From Burkholderiales bacterium (lineage in GTDB: Bacteria > Pseudomonadota > Gammaproteobacteria > Burkholderiales > JAEUOS01), in the NCBI GenBank assembly GCA_040382235.1, contig JBEIFV010000004.1, positions 12,842-76,841 of the forward strand: a stretch of 64,000 bases of DNA, read 5' to 3'. Shown piece after piece: positions 37,223 to 46,272 of this stretch. Under the pieces are notes generated by a model that had not been told where the DNA came from, searched no databases, and worked only from the letters and a program-made list of their open reading frames with translations. Positions within the stretch are counted from its first letter, which is position 1, and every line of letters begins with the position of its first letter. The position numbers were made by a program, and so were the translations under genes.

Positions 37223-37957
37223 TCAGTCGCGCGCGAACAGCGCCGCGAGTTCCGGCGACACGCCGGCCATGGTGGCGCGTGGTGCGGGCGGCCGTGGCCG
37301 CAGGCGATAGCCGCCGCGCACCAGGGCCTCGGCCTGGCGCACCGCGGCGCCGATGCCATCGACCAGCGGCACCTCCAGGGCGTCGCGCGCACGGCGCGCC
37401 ACGCCGGCCAGCGCCGCGCCGCAGGCCACTACCACATCGACGCTGTCGTGGGCGATCAGGCGCCGGCTTTCCGCGACCACGCGGGCGTCGAATTCCTGCG
37501 GCGACAGGTATTCGCCGGCGGTAGCCAGGTCGACCGTGCCGATTGCGGCGATGCGCGCCATCACGCCGCTCTTCTCGAATACCTCGCGATACAGGCCGGT
37601 CGACACCTGACCGACGGTGACCACGCCGATGCGCCGGCCCAGCTGGCAGGCGGTGAGAAGGGCGCTCTCGGTGATGCCCAGCACCGGAATCGGCAGCAAC
37701 TCGCGCGCACCGGCCAAGGCGGAATCAAACGAGATCGCCAGCACGACGGCATCGTAGCCGGCGTAGTTGCGCGCCACGCAGTCGAGCACGGCATGCCCGG
37801 CGACGGTGTTTTCGGCATGCGAGAACACGATGTTGGCGCCGAATCCGGCCGACAGCGCTGTGATTTCGGTACCCGGCGCGGCGACCGCGCGCGCTTCGGC
37901 TGCCACCGCCTGGGTGACCGCGTCGGTGCGATTGCCGTTGATGAGGAGCAGTTTCAT
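37223..37957 (-). CDS. Asp/Glu/hydantoin racemase-family protein (hydantoin/allantoin racemase-like)
   Basis: 244 aa, MKLLLINGNRTDAVTQAV...YDAVVLAISFDSAL...PVLGITESALL...RIGVVTV...VVVACGAALAG... Confidence 0.75.
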   Translation of the reverse strand: MKLLLINGNRTDAVTQAVAAEARAVAAPGTEITALSAGFGANIVFSHAENTVAGHAVLDCVARNYAGYDAVVLAISFDSALAGARELLPIPVLGITESALLTACQLGRRIGVVTVGQVSTGLYREVFEKSGVMARIAAIGTVDLATAGEYLSPQEFDARVVAESRRLIAHDSVDVVVACGAALAGVARRARDALEVPLVDGIGAAVRQAEALVRGGYRLRPRPPAPRATMAGVSPELAALFARD

Positions 37958-38242
37958 GTCGTGGCGCGGCGCCTAAAAGGGGCGAGCAAATGCCCATGCG
38001 GGAAACGTGCCTGAAACCTGTTTCAAACCGTTCTCAGGCTGAATGTATACGACGATTAAAAAAATTGTCAACAAATTGATAAATATTTTGTACACTATTT
38101 AAGTGCATTCTCGGTCTTTAATGAGCCGTTTTGGTGCGCGCCAGCAGGCTTCCTCCATGCCCCTGCTGCCTCTGCTCGATGTGCCGGCTCGCGCGCGGCG
38201 TCCGTGCTTGCGCAGCAGCAACGCGCATTACAATCGCCCGCC
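37958..38242. promoter_or_regulatory. AT-rich divergent control region with candidate GntR-type half-site pairs
   Basis: ..AAAAAAATTGTCAACAAATTGATAAATATTTTGTACACTATTTAAG... TTGT-CA-ACAA (38065..38074) and TTGTACAC (38088..38095) resemble the T.GT...AC.A operators of FadR-type GntR regulators. Confidence 0.3.
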
Positions 38243-38935
38243 ATGAGATCCAACCCCGCCGCCGCACAGCCTCCCACACAGGACGAGATGGTCGAACGCA
38301 TCATGCGGGCGGTGGTGGAGCGCCGGCTGCCGCCCGGCACCAAGCTTGTCGAAGAGCGCCTGGCCGGCATTTTCGGTGTCAACCGGGCGCGCATACGGTC
38401 GGTACTGACGCGCCTGGCCCATGAGGGCATCGTCACGCTGCACGCCAATCGCGGCGCGTTTGTAAGCGAGCCCACCGCGCAACAGGCGCGCGAGGTGTTC
38501 GAGGTGCGGCGCCTGCTCGAACCGGCGATCGTGCAGACGCTCGCGGCGCGCGCCGACCGTGCCATTGAATCAAGCCTGAACAGTCATCTGCAAAAGGAGG
38601 CCGACGCCTTCGCGCACGCCGATCAGCGCGCCCTGATTCGCCTGACCGGCGAATTCCACCTGCTATTGGCCGACCTGGCCGGCAACACGCTGATGCTGCG
38701 CATGCTGCGCGAGATGGAAACCCTGACCAGCCTGATCATCTACCTGTACGAGAGCCCCGACTTGCCGGCCTGCCGCGGCAACGACCATGTGGCGATCGTC
38801 GCGGCGATCGTGGCGGGTGAGGGCGCACGCGCTGCGCGCCTGATGCTGGCGCACCTGAACGAGGTCGAGGCCGGCCTCGACATGCAAGGCAAGGCAGCGA
38901 CGGAATTTGACTTGGCCGATGCGCTTGGCGCTTGA
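38243..38935 (+). CDS. GntR family transcriptional regulator (FadR/FCD subfamily)
   Basis: ATG at 38243. ...RRLPPGTKLVEERLAGIFGVNRARIRSVLTRLAHEGIVTLHANRGAFV, followed by a helical FCD-like C-terminal domain. Confidence 0.9.
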   Translation: MRSNPAAAQPPTQDEMVERIMRAVVERRLPPGTKLVEERLAGIFGVNRARIRSVLTRLAHEGIVTLHANRGAFVSEPTAQQAREVFEVRRLLEPAIVQTLAARADRAIESSLNSHLQKEADAFAHADQRALIRLTGEFHLLLADLAGNTLMLRMLREMETLTSLIIYLYESPDLPACRGNDHVAIVAAIVAGEGARAARLMLAHLNEVEAGLDMQGKAATEFDLADALGA

Positions 38936-38989
38936 TGCTTCAGGCATGCCCCCTGCACTGAACAATGACCACTTGAACCGAAAGCCTCG

Positions 38990-39721
38990 ATGAACCGCAA
39001 ACGCACCCTGATCGGCATGCTCACGCCCTCGTCCAACACCGCGCTGGAGCCGATCACCACCATGATGCTGGCGGGCCTGCCTGATGCCAGCGCACACTTC
39101 GGCCGCTTTCGCGTGACGCAGATCGCGCTGAATGACACCGCCTTGAAGCAGTTCGACGACAGCAACATCCTGGCCGCCGCCGAACTGCTGGCCGATGCGG
39201 AACTGCATTCGATTGCCTGGAACGGCACTTCGTCGTCCTGGCTCGGTTTCGACAGCGACGAAAAGCTGTGCCAGCGCATCACCGAGCGCACCGGCATTCC
39301 GGCGGGCACATCGGTGCTGGCGATCAACGAGATCCTCAAGGCCACCGGCGCGCGCGATATCGCCTTCGTCACGCCCTACACTGACGATGTGCAGGCGCGC
39401 ATCGACGCCAACTATGCGCGCGCCGGCTTCAACGTGGTGGCCGAGCGCCATCTGGGGCTGTCGCACAATTTTTCGTTTTCGGAAGTGACCGAGGAGGAGA
39501 TCGTGGCGATGGTGCGTGAAGTGGCGAAGGCGAAGCCGCAGGCCATCATTCCCCTGTGCACCAACCTGAAGGCCGCGCCCCTGGTGGAGCAACTGGAGCG
39601 CGAGATCGGCATTCCGATCTACGACAGCATTTCAACTGCGGTTTGGAAGTGCCTCAAGCTGGCCGGCGTCGACCCCAAGCGGGTGACTGGCTGGGGGCGT
39701 CTTTTCAGGGAGGTGGCATGA
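38990..39721 (+). CDS. Asp/Glu racemase-superfamily protein (maleate isomerase / arylmalonate decarboxylase-like), paralogue 2
   Basis: MNRKRTLIGMLTPSSNTALEPITT...SIAWNGTSSSWLG...IAFVTPYTDDVQ...IIPLCTNLKAAPL... Confidence 0.8.
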   Translation: MNRKRTLIGMLTPSSNTALEPITTMMLAGLPDASAHFGRFRVTQIALNDTALKQFDDSNILAAAELLADAELHSIAWNGTSSSWLGFDSDEKLCQRITERTGIPAGTSVLAINEILKATGARDIAFVTPYTDDVQARIDANYARAGFNVVAERHLGLSHNFSFSEVTEEEIVAMVREVAKAKPQAIIPLCTNLKAAPLVEQLEREIGIPIYDSISTAVWKCLKLAGVDPKRVTGWGRLFREVA

Positions 39722-40470
39722 GTTCGAAACGTCTGGCCGGGCGCACTGCGCTCATTACCGGGGGCAACACCGGCATCGGGCGCGCGGTGGCGCTGGCCTA
39801 TGCGGATGAGGGCGCGGATGTGGCGATTTTCTACATTGCGCGCGAGGATGAAGCCAAAAGCCTGGTGCCCGAGATCGAAGGGCGCGGCGCGCGAGCGCTG
39901 GCGCTCAAATGCGACGTCACCAACGAGGCGCAGGTCGAAGCCGCTTTCGCGCAGGTGATTGCCGCCTTCGGTCATCTCGATATCCTGGTCAACAACGCCG
40001 GCATCCAGCGCCCGCAACCGATCGTCGAGATGAGTGTGGGCGACTGGGGCAACATGATGTCGGTGCATCTGCGCGGCGGCTTCCTGTGCTCGCGCGCCGC
40101 GGCGCGCCACATGATGGCGCGCAAATCCGGCAGGATCATCAATCTGTGCTCGCAACTGGGCTACATCGGGCGCGAAAATTACACCGCCTACTCGGCAGCC
40201 AAAGGCGGCCTGATCGCCTTTACCCGCGCACTGGCCAAGGAAATGGCGCCCCACGGCGTGCTGGTCAACGGCGTGGCGCCAGGCTTGGTCGATACCGGCT
40301 TTGACCCCTTGCCGGATGAAGTCAAGGCGGCGCATGCCGCCAGCCTGCCCTTGAAGCGCCTGGGGCTGCCGGAAGACATGACGCCGGCCTTCGTGTTCCT
40401 GGCGTCCGATGATGCGCGTTACTTTTGCGGGCAGTTGCTGCACCCCAACGGCGGCGAGATCATGCCGTGA
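39718..40470 (+). CDS. SDR family oxidoreductase
   Basis: ATGA overlap. TALITGGNTGIGRAVA...NNAGI...YSAAKGGLIAFTR... Confidence 0.9.
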   Translation: MSSKRLAGRTALITGGNTGIGRAVALAYADEGADVAIFYIAREDEAKSLVPEIEGRGARALALKCDVTNEAQVEAAFAQVIAAFGHLDILVNNAGIQRPQPIVEMSVGDWGNMMSVHLRGGFLCSRAAARHMMARKSGRIINLCSQLGYIGRENYTAYSAAKGGLIAFTRALAKEMAPHGVLVNGVAPGLVDTGFDPLPDEVKAAHAASLPLKRLGLPEDMTPAFVFLASDDARYFCGQLLHPNGGEIMP

Positions 40471-40483
40471 ATGCGTCAGTGGT

Positions 40484-41398
40484 TCACACGCCGCGCGTCG
40501 CTTCGATCACCAGATTGCGCATCCAGCGATGCAGCGGGTCCTTGTGGGCCCGCTCGTGCCAGTAGATTGAGACTTCCAGCACCGGTAGCGGTACTGGCGG
40601 TTCCAGCACCTGCAACGGCAGCGACGCGGCGAAGCTCTTCGCCACGCGTTGCGGCACGGTGGCCAGCAGGTTGCTCCTGGCGACGATGGCCGGCGCCACC
40701 AGGAAGTTGGGCACTGCCAGTTCGCCCGAGCGGCGGATGCGCAGGTCGATCAGGGCCGCCTCCACCATGCGGGCGTAGTTCCCGGCACCGGCCGGGCTGA
40801 TGCGCACGTGGTCGGCAGCCTGGTACTGCGCCAAGGTCAGCTTGCCGCGCACCGTCGGGTGGCCGCGGCGCGCGATGCATACCGACGGCTCGCGGAACAA
40901 GAGGCGTGTGCGCAAACCCCTGGGCGGCTCCAGCAGGTAGCCGATGCCGAGGTCGATCTGGCCCGAGCCAAGGAGTTCGAGTACGCGTTTCGGGTTGGGC
41001 GGCCGCGCGTCGATGCCGATTCCCGGCGCCTGTGCTTCGAGCAGCGCCTGGATCGGCGGCAGCACCACCATCAGCACGTAGTCGGTGGCGATGATGCGAA
41101 AGGTGCGCTCGGCCTTGACCGGTTCAAACGGCCGCGCCGTTTCCATCAGCGCATGCGCCTTTTCCAGCAGGGCACGCGCCTGGCCGGCGATTTCGAGCGC
41201 GCGCGACGTCGGCACCATGCCGCGCGCGGTGCGCAACAGCAGCGGGTCGTCGAAGGTCTTGCGCAGGCGCGCGAGCAGCCCGCTCATGGCCGGCTGCGAC
41301 AGGCCCAGGCGCTCGGCCGCGCGCGAGACGTGGCCCTCGGCCACCAGAACGTCCAGGGCGGCCAGGAGTTGCAGGTCGGGCAGGTCGGCGCGCGGCAT
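40484..41398 (-). CDS. LysR family transcriptional regulator
   Basis: MPRADLPDLQLLAALDVLVAEGHVSRAAERLGLSQPAMSGLLARLR.... Divergent from the 41.5-44.6 kb genes. Confidence 0.9.
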   Translation of the reverse strand: MPRADLPDLQLLAALDVLVAEGHVSRAAERLGLSQPAMSGLLARLRKTFDDPLLLRTARGMVPTSRALEIAGQARALLEKAHALMETARPFEPVKAERTFRIIATDYVLMVVLPPIQALLEAQAPGIGIDARPPNPKRVLELLGSGQIDLGIGYLLEPPRGLRTRLLFREPSVCIARRGHPTVRGKLTLAQYQAADHVRISPAGAGNYARMVEAALIDLRIRRSGELAVPNFLVAPAIVARSNLLATVPQRVAKSFAASLPLQVLEPPVPLPVLEVSIYWHERAHKDPLHRWMRNLVIEATRGV

Positions 41399-41509
41399 GT
41401 CTTCGCATTATCTGTATATGCAATGACAACTATACATGCACGGCGATAGCTAAAGAGTGGGGCGCTTCCTACAATCCACGGCCATACCAAAACCAATTGC
41501 AGGAGACCC

Positions 41510-42274
41510 ATGACACTCGCCGAATTTCGCCGGCAGCATGCCGTTCGCACCAGCACCGTGGACGGGGTCGAGTGGTCGTGGGTTGCCGCCGGCAGCGGCC
41601 CCTGCCTGGTGCTGTTGCCCGGTGCGCAGGGCACGGCCGAGGTCTTTTTCAAGCAGTTCGCGCTGGCCGATCGCTGCCGCGTGGTGGCGGTCACTTACCC
41701 GGCGCGGACCGATGGCGCAGTGCTCGCCGACGGCCTGGCGGCCTTTCTCGACTCACTGGGAATCGCGCGCGCAAGCCTCGCGGGCACCTCGCTGGGCGGT
41801 TACGTGGCGCAATTGTTCGCCGCGCGCCATCCAGAGCGGGTCGAGAAACTGATTCTCGCCTGCACCTTTGTCGACCCCGGGCCGGTGCAGGCGCCGGAAA
41901 AGCTGGCCGCCGCGCGCGACACGCCGGCCGACACGCTCAAGGAGCAAGCGCTCGGTCGGGTACGCGCCGCGCCTGACAGCGAACTCAAGCGCGTGCAACT
42001 CGACCTGATCGGCGAGAAGCAGAGTGCGGCCAACCTGCAGGCGCGCATGCTGGCGGTGCAGCTGGCCCAGCCGGTACCGCCATTGACGATTCCGCCGGGC
42101 AATATCGCTGTGATCGACTGCGACAACGATCCCGTGATTCCGCCCGCTGTGCGGGCGGCGGTACGTGAAAGATATGCCGGTGCCGGCTATTTCAATATCG
42201 CCGGCGGCAGCCACTACCCCTACATCCTGTGCGGCGACGAATACAACCGCATCGTCGCCGCGTGCCTTGCCTGA
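41510..42274 (+). CDS. alpha/beta hydrolase
   Basis: ...CLVLLPGAQGT...ASLAGTSLGGYVAQLFAARHPERVEKLIL (GxSxG nucleophile elbow). Confidence 0.85.
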   Translation: MTLAEFRRQHAVRTSTVDGVEWSWVAAGSGPCLVLLPGAQGTAEVFFKQFALADRCRVVAVTYPARTDGAVLADGLAAFLDSLGIARASLAGTSLGGYVAQLFAARHPERVEKLILACTFVDPGPVQAPEKLAAARDTPADTLKEQALGRVRAAPDSELKRVQLDLIGEKQSAANLQARMLAVQLAQPVPPLTIPPGNIAVIDCDNDPVIPPAVRAAVRERYAGAGYFNIAGGSHYPYILCGDEYNRIVAACLA

Positions 42275-42286
42275 AAGGACCTCACC

Positions 42287-42850
42287 ATGAACCAGACCGC
42301 GTCCGTCGGCACCACCCACTACACGCGCGTCGCCGGCCCCGGCATCGAGATGCCCACTGCCGAAGTGATGAAGAACGTTGCCTTCTTCCGCGACCTGCTG
42401 GTCGATCCGAATGCCTTCGTCGACAAGGAAGACCCCACCAAGCGCCTGCCGATCAAGTACGTGATCTCGACCGATAACAAAGCGGCGCCGGCCGGCATTG
42501 CCACGCCCCACAGTTTTCACATCGCCTTCATCGAGTCGAAGGCGGGTAACTCGCCGGTGATCCACGCGCACGAATATCGCGAGATATTCATGCCGCTCAA
42601 GGGGCGCTACCGCATCTACTTCAACAAGAATCCGGAAGAGTTCGTCGAACTCGGACCGTACGACACGTTTTCGGTGCCGCCGATGCTATGGCGCCGCGTC
42701 GAGCAGCAGGGTGAGAAGGGTGAGCCCGGCATGGTGATGGTGATCTACGACAACGTCGTCGATCCCAACAAGGGCATTTTCGTGCCACAGGAGGTGATTG
42801 ATGCAGACCATGCCTCCGGACGGGACCCGTACGCAAAGGCGGCCGGATGA
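42287..42850 (+). CDS. cupin-like protein
   Basis: 187 aa, ...SPVIHAHEYREIFMPLKGRYRIYF...GPYDTFSVPPMLWRRVEQ... Confidence 0.55.
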   Translation: MNQTASVGTTHYTRVAGPGIEMPTAEVMKNVAFFRDLLVDPNAFVDKEDPTKRLPIKYVISTDNKAAPAGIATPHSFHIAFIESKAGNSPVIHAHEYREIFMPLKGRYRIYFNKNPEEFVELGPYDTFSVPPMLWRRVEQQGEKGEPGMVMVIYDNVVDPNKGIFVPQEVIDADHASGRDPYAKAAG

Positions 42851-43713
42851 TCGTCATCCTCGGCGCCGCAGGTCAGACCGGCACCGCCGCCTTGAGGCGG
42901 CTGGCGGCGATGGGCGTGCCTGCGCGCGCCATGGTGAGCCGCGCCGATTCCGCGGACAAGGTGCGAGCGGCCGGCGCGTCGGAAGTGGTCATAGGCAACC
43001 TGAAGAGTGCGGAGGACGTGCGCCGTGCGCTGGCCGGCGCCAGCCGCGTCTATCACATCTGCCCGGTGATGAGCGATGCGGAGATTCCGATCGGGCAGAA
43101 CGTGATCGCCGCTGCGCGCGCGGAGAAGGTCGATCAGCTGGTGTTCCACAGCCTGATCCACGCGCAGGTCGACGCCCTCTTGCACCACCGCGACAAGCGC
43201 GTCGTCGAGGGGCTGATCATCGATTCGCTGGTGCCCTACACGTTCCTGCAGCCGACCATGTACATGCAGAACATGCTTTGGGAATGGGACAACATCACCG
43301 AGCGCGGCGTCTACCGCGCGCCCTACTCGACGCGCGCACGCATGAGCCTGATCGACCTCGAGGACATCGCGCTGGTGGCGGCGAAGGTGCTGACCGAGCC
43401 GGGCTGGAACGGCGGCGGCTTCGAATTGTGCAGCGGCGACAACCTCACACGCGAGGAGATGGCCGCCACCATCGGCCATGTGCTCGGCAAGCCGGTGCGC
43501 GCCGAGGCCTATTCGATCGACGAGTGGCGGCCGATCGGCGCGAAGACCCGCACTCCATTCCAGGTCGAGCGTGTCGCCACCATGTACGCGCATTACGATA
43601 AGCACGGCTTGTCCGGCGGCAATTCCCGCGTGCTGGCGATGATCCTGGGGCGGGCGCCTGCGACGTACCGCGACTTCGTCGCGCGCGTGGCGCGCGAGCG
43701 GGGCGCCGCTTGA
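42847..43713 (+). CDS. NmrA-family NAD(P)-binding protein
   Basis: MIVILGAAGQTGTAALRRL...YTFLQPTMYMQN... Confidence 0.85.
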   Translation: MIVILGAAGQTGTAALRRLAAMGVPARAMVSRADSADKVRAAGASEVVIGNLKSAEDVRRALAGASRVYHICPVMSDAEIPIGQNVIAAARAEKVDQLVFHSLIHAQVDALLHHRDKRVVEGLIIDSLVPYTFLQPTMYMQNMLWEWDNITERGVYRAPYSTRARMSLIDLEDIALVAAKVLTEPGWNGGGFELCSGDNLTREEMAATIGHVLGKPVRAEAYSIDEWRPIGAKTRTPFQVERVATMYAHYDKHGLSGGNSRVLAMILGRAPATYRDFVARVARERGAA

Positions 43714-44591
43714 TCGCCATCACGGGCGCCGGCGGCGTCACCGGCCGCGCCGTGATCGGCGCGCTCAAGGCGCGCGGCGCGCAGGTGCGCGCGCTGGTCA
43801 CGCGCCAGGCCTCCGCGGAGGCTTGCCGGAACGCCGGCGCCGACCAGACCGCGCTGGCCACCTTTGCCGATTGCGCGGCGCTCACCCGCGCCTTCAAGGG
43901 CGCCGAGACGGTGTTCCACATCCCGCCGCGCATGAAGCCCGACGAGGTTGCGAACGGGCGCAACATCATCGATGCCGCCCTTGCGGCGGGCGTGCGCATG
44001 ATCGCGCTGCATAGCGTCGTCAACTCGCAGGTCAGTGCGATCCGCTTTCACAACCACAAGCGCGAAGTCGAGGAACTGGCCATGCATTGCGGTCTGCCGT
44101 GGCGCATCTTCCAGCCGACCAACTACATGCAGAACGTCGCCTGGAACTGGGAGCGCATGATCGGTGACGGCGAGTTCGTCTTTCCCTACTCGGCCGATTC
44201 CCTCGTTTCCTGGCTCGACCTCGACGACTACGCCGAAGGCGTGGCGCGCGCGCTCACCGAACCGGGCTGGGACTACGGGGTCTACGAAATGGCGAGCGCC
44301 AAGGCGCCGCTGACCCGGCATCAGTTGGCCGGGATCTGGTCGCGGGTCACCGGTCGCGCGATCCGCGCCGTGGCCATGCCGCTCGACGAGTACATGGCGC
44401 TGCCGCACTGGGCCGGCCGCGACCCGCGCGAGATGGCGATCCTTCGCACCATGTTCGAGGAGTTCGACCGCCACGGCGCGCCGGGCGGCAACTGGCGCAC
44501 CCTGGCGATGATGCTCGGCCGCGAGCCCACGCAGTACGAGGCCTTCGCGCGGCGTTTCGCGCAGACGCGCGGCTTGTCGCGACCGCACTGA
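43710..44591 (+). CDS. NmrA-family NAD(P)-binding protein (tandem paralogue)
   Basis: MIAITGAGGVTGRAVIGAL...WRIFQPTNYMQN.... 4-nt overlap with the upstream paralogue. Confidence 0.85.
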   Translation: MIAITGAGGVTGRAVIGALKARGAQVRALVTRQASAEACRNAGADQTALATFADCAALTRAFKGAETVFHIPPRMKPDEVANGRNIIDAALAAGVRMIALHSVVNSQVSAIRFHNHKREVEELAMHCGLPWRIFQPTNYMQNVAWNWERMIGDGEFVFPYSADSLVSWLDLDDYAEGVARALTEPGWDYGVYEMASAKAPLTRHQLAGIWSRVTGRAIRAVAMPLDEYMALPHWAGRDPREMAILRTMFEEFDRHGAPGGNWRTLAMMLGREPTQYEAFARRFAQTRGLSRPH

Positions 44592-44609
44592 CCATCCACT
44601 GCAGAGACC

Positions 44610-45587
44610 ATGGAAAGACGCACGATTGTCGTCGCCGCAGTTGCCGCAGCCGGTGCCGGTCTGGCCGCCGGCCGCGTCGCAGCGCAGTCCTGGCCCGCCA
44701 AGCCAGTGCGGGTGGTGATCCCGTTCCCGCCCGGCGGACCGACCGACAACCTGGCGCGACCGCTGCTGCAGCGCCTGTCCGAGCGCCTGGGCCAGCAATT
44801 CGTCATCGACAACCGTGCCGGCGCCAACGGCAACATCGGCGCCGAGCATGTGGCGCGCGCGGCGCCGGATGGCTACACGTTCTTCTGGTCGCCGACCGGC
44901 ACCATGGCGGTCAACCCGGCCATCTACCCGAAGCTCGCGTTCGACCCGGTGAAGGACTTCGCGCCGGTGAGCCTGATCGCCGGGGTCGAGGGCATCCTGA
45001 TCGTGGCTGCGCAATCGCCCTACAGGACCGTGCGCGAACTGGTTGCGGACGCGAAAGCCAATCCCGGCAGGCTCACCTTCGCCTCGCCCGGCATCGGCAG
45101 CGTGGTGCACCTGCTGGGCGAGCAGTTGAAGCAACTCGCCGGCATCGACATCGTGCACGTGCCCTACAAGGGCGGCGCGCCGGCGATGACCGACCTCATC
45201 GGCGGCCAGGTGACGATGATGTTCGATTCCACCGCTGCGGCGCTCAACCAGGCGCGTGCCGGCAAGGTGCGTATGCTGGCCACCGGCGCGAAGCGGCGCC
45301 TGGCGCAGGCGCCGGACCTGCCGACCATGGAGGAGGCGGGCGTGGCCGGCTACGATTCCAGCTCGTTCCACGCGGTGTATGCGCCGTCAGCGACGCCGCG
45401 CGCGGTAATCGACCGGCTGTCCGCCGAGATCGCCGCCGCGCTCAAGACCTCGGAGATCCGCGAGCGCTACGACGCGCTGGGCAGCGAGCCGGTCGGCAGC
45501 ACCCCGGAAGCTCTCGCCGCTGCCCTCAGGGAGGCCACCGAGCGCTGGGGCGGGCTGGCGCGGCGCATCAACCTCAAGGTCGACTGA
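44610..45587 (+). CDS. Bug/TctC-family substrate-binding protein
   Basis: ...WPAKPVRVVIPFPPGGPTDNLARPL...NRAGANGNIG...HVPYKGGAPA... Confidence 0.9.
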   Translation: MERRTIVVAAVAAAGAGLAAGRVAAQSWPAKPVRVVIPFPPGGPTDNLARPLLQRLSERLGQQFVIDNRAGANGNIGAEHVARAAPDGYTFFWSPTGTMAVNPAIYPKLAFDPVKDFAPVSLIAGVEGILIVAAQSPYRTVRELVADAKANPGRLTFASPGIGSVVHLLGEQLKQLAGIDIVHVPYKGGAPAMTDLIGGQVTMMFDSTAAALNQARAGKVRMLATGAKRRLAQAPDLPTMEEAGVAGYDSSSFHAVYAPSATPRAVIDRLSAEIAAALKTSEIRERYDALGSEPVGSTPEALAAALREATERWGGLARRINLKVD

Positions 45588-46240
45588 TGATTGTCGAGGC
45601 GCGCACTTACGACATCGCCGTCGGCCAGGTGAGCGACTATGTTGCCAACTACGCGTTGCACGGTCTGCCAGTGTCGCTGCGCCACGGCCTGGCGCTGGCG
45701 GGCTACTTTGGCGTCGAGGCCGGCAACCTGCATCAGGTGGTGCACTACTGGAAGCACGACAGCCTCGCCGATCGCGAAGAGATGCGCGCACGGCGGGACG
45801 CCGATCCGGCCTGGCGCGCGTATCAGGCCGGCGCGCGCGGACGCGTCGTCCGCCAGGAGGTGCGGCTGTTCGAGGTGCATGGCGTGGTTGCGCCGTTTGC
45901 CGTGACCGGCCCGGGCGGGTCGCGCGCCGTCGTCGAGGAATGCATCACGCTCACCGAGCCCGGCGATACCGCCGCCTTCGAGAAGACGTTCGCGCGCCGG
46001 CTGCTGCCGCGGATGGCGGCGGCGGGCGCGCGACTGGTGTGCGCCATGCGTGGGTTCACCGGCATGACTGGCGAAGTGGCGCACCTGTGGTATTGGGATG
46101 GCATGGCGGCGCGCGAAGGTGCGCAGGGTGCGCTTGCCGCCGACCGTGCATGGCAGCGCGCACGGCGGCAGATTCAAGACCTGAGCCGCGCCCATGCGCG
46201 ACGCTTCCTGCGGCCGCTGGCTATCTCGCCGCTGCGTTGA
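45587..46240 (+). CDS. NIPSNAP-family protein (two tandem domains)
   Basis: MIVEARTYDIAVGQVSDYVANY...LHQVVHYWKHDSLADREEMR, plus a second repeat ..EVAHLWYWDGMAAREGA... Confidence 0.7.
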   Translation: MIVEARTYDIAVGQVSDYVANYALHGLPVSLRHGLALAGYFGVEAGNLHQVVHYWKHDSLADREEMRARRDADPAWRAYQAGARGRVVRQEVRLFEVHGVVAPFAVTGPGGSRAVVEECITLTEPGDTAAFEKTFARRLLPRMAAAGARLVCAMRGFTGMTGEVAHLWYWDGMAAREGAQGALAADRAWQRARRQIQDLSRAHARRFLRPLAISPLR

Positions 46241-46272
46241 ATGTCAGACGGATGTCAAGGAAGGGAGCAGGG

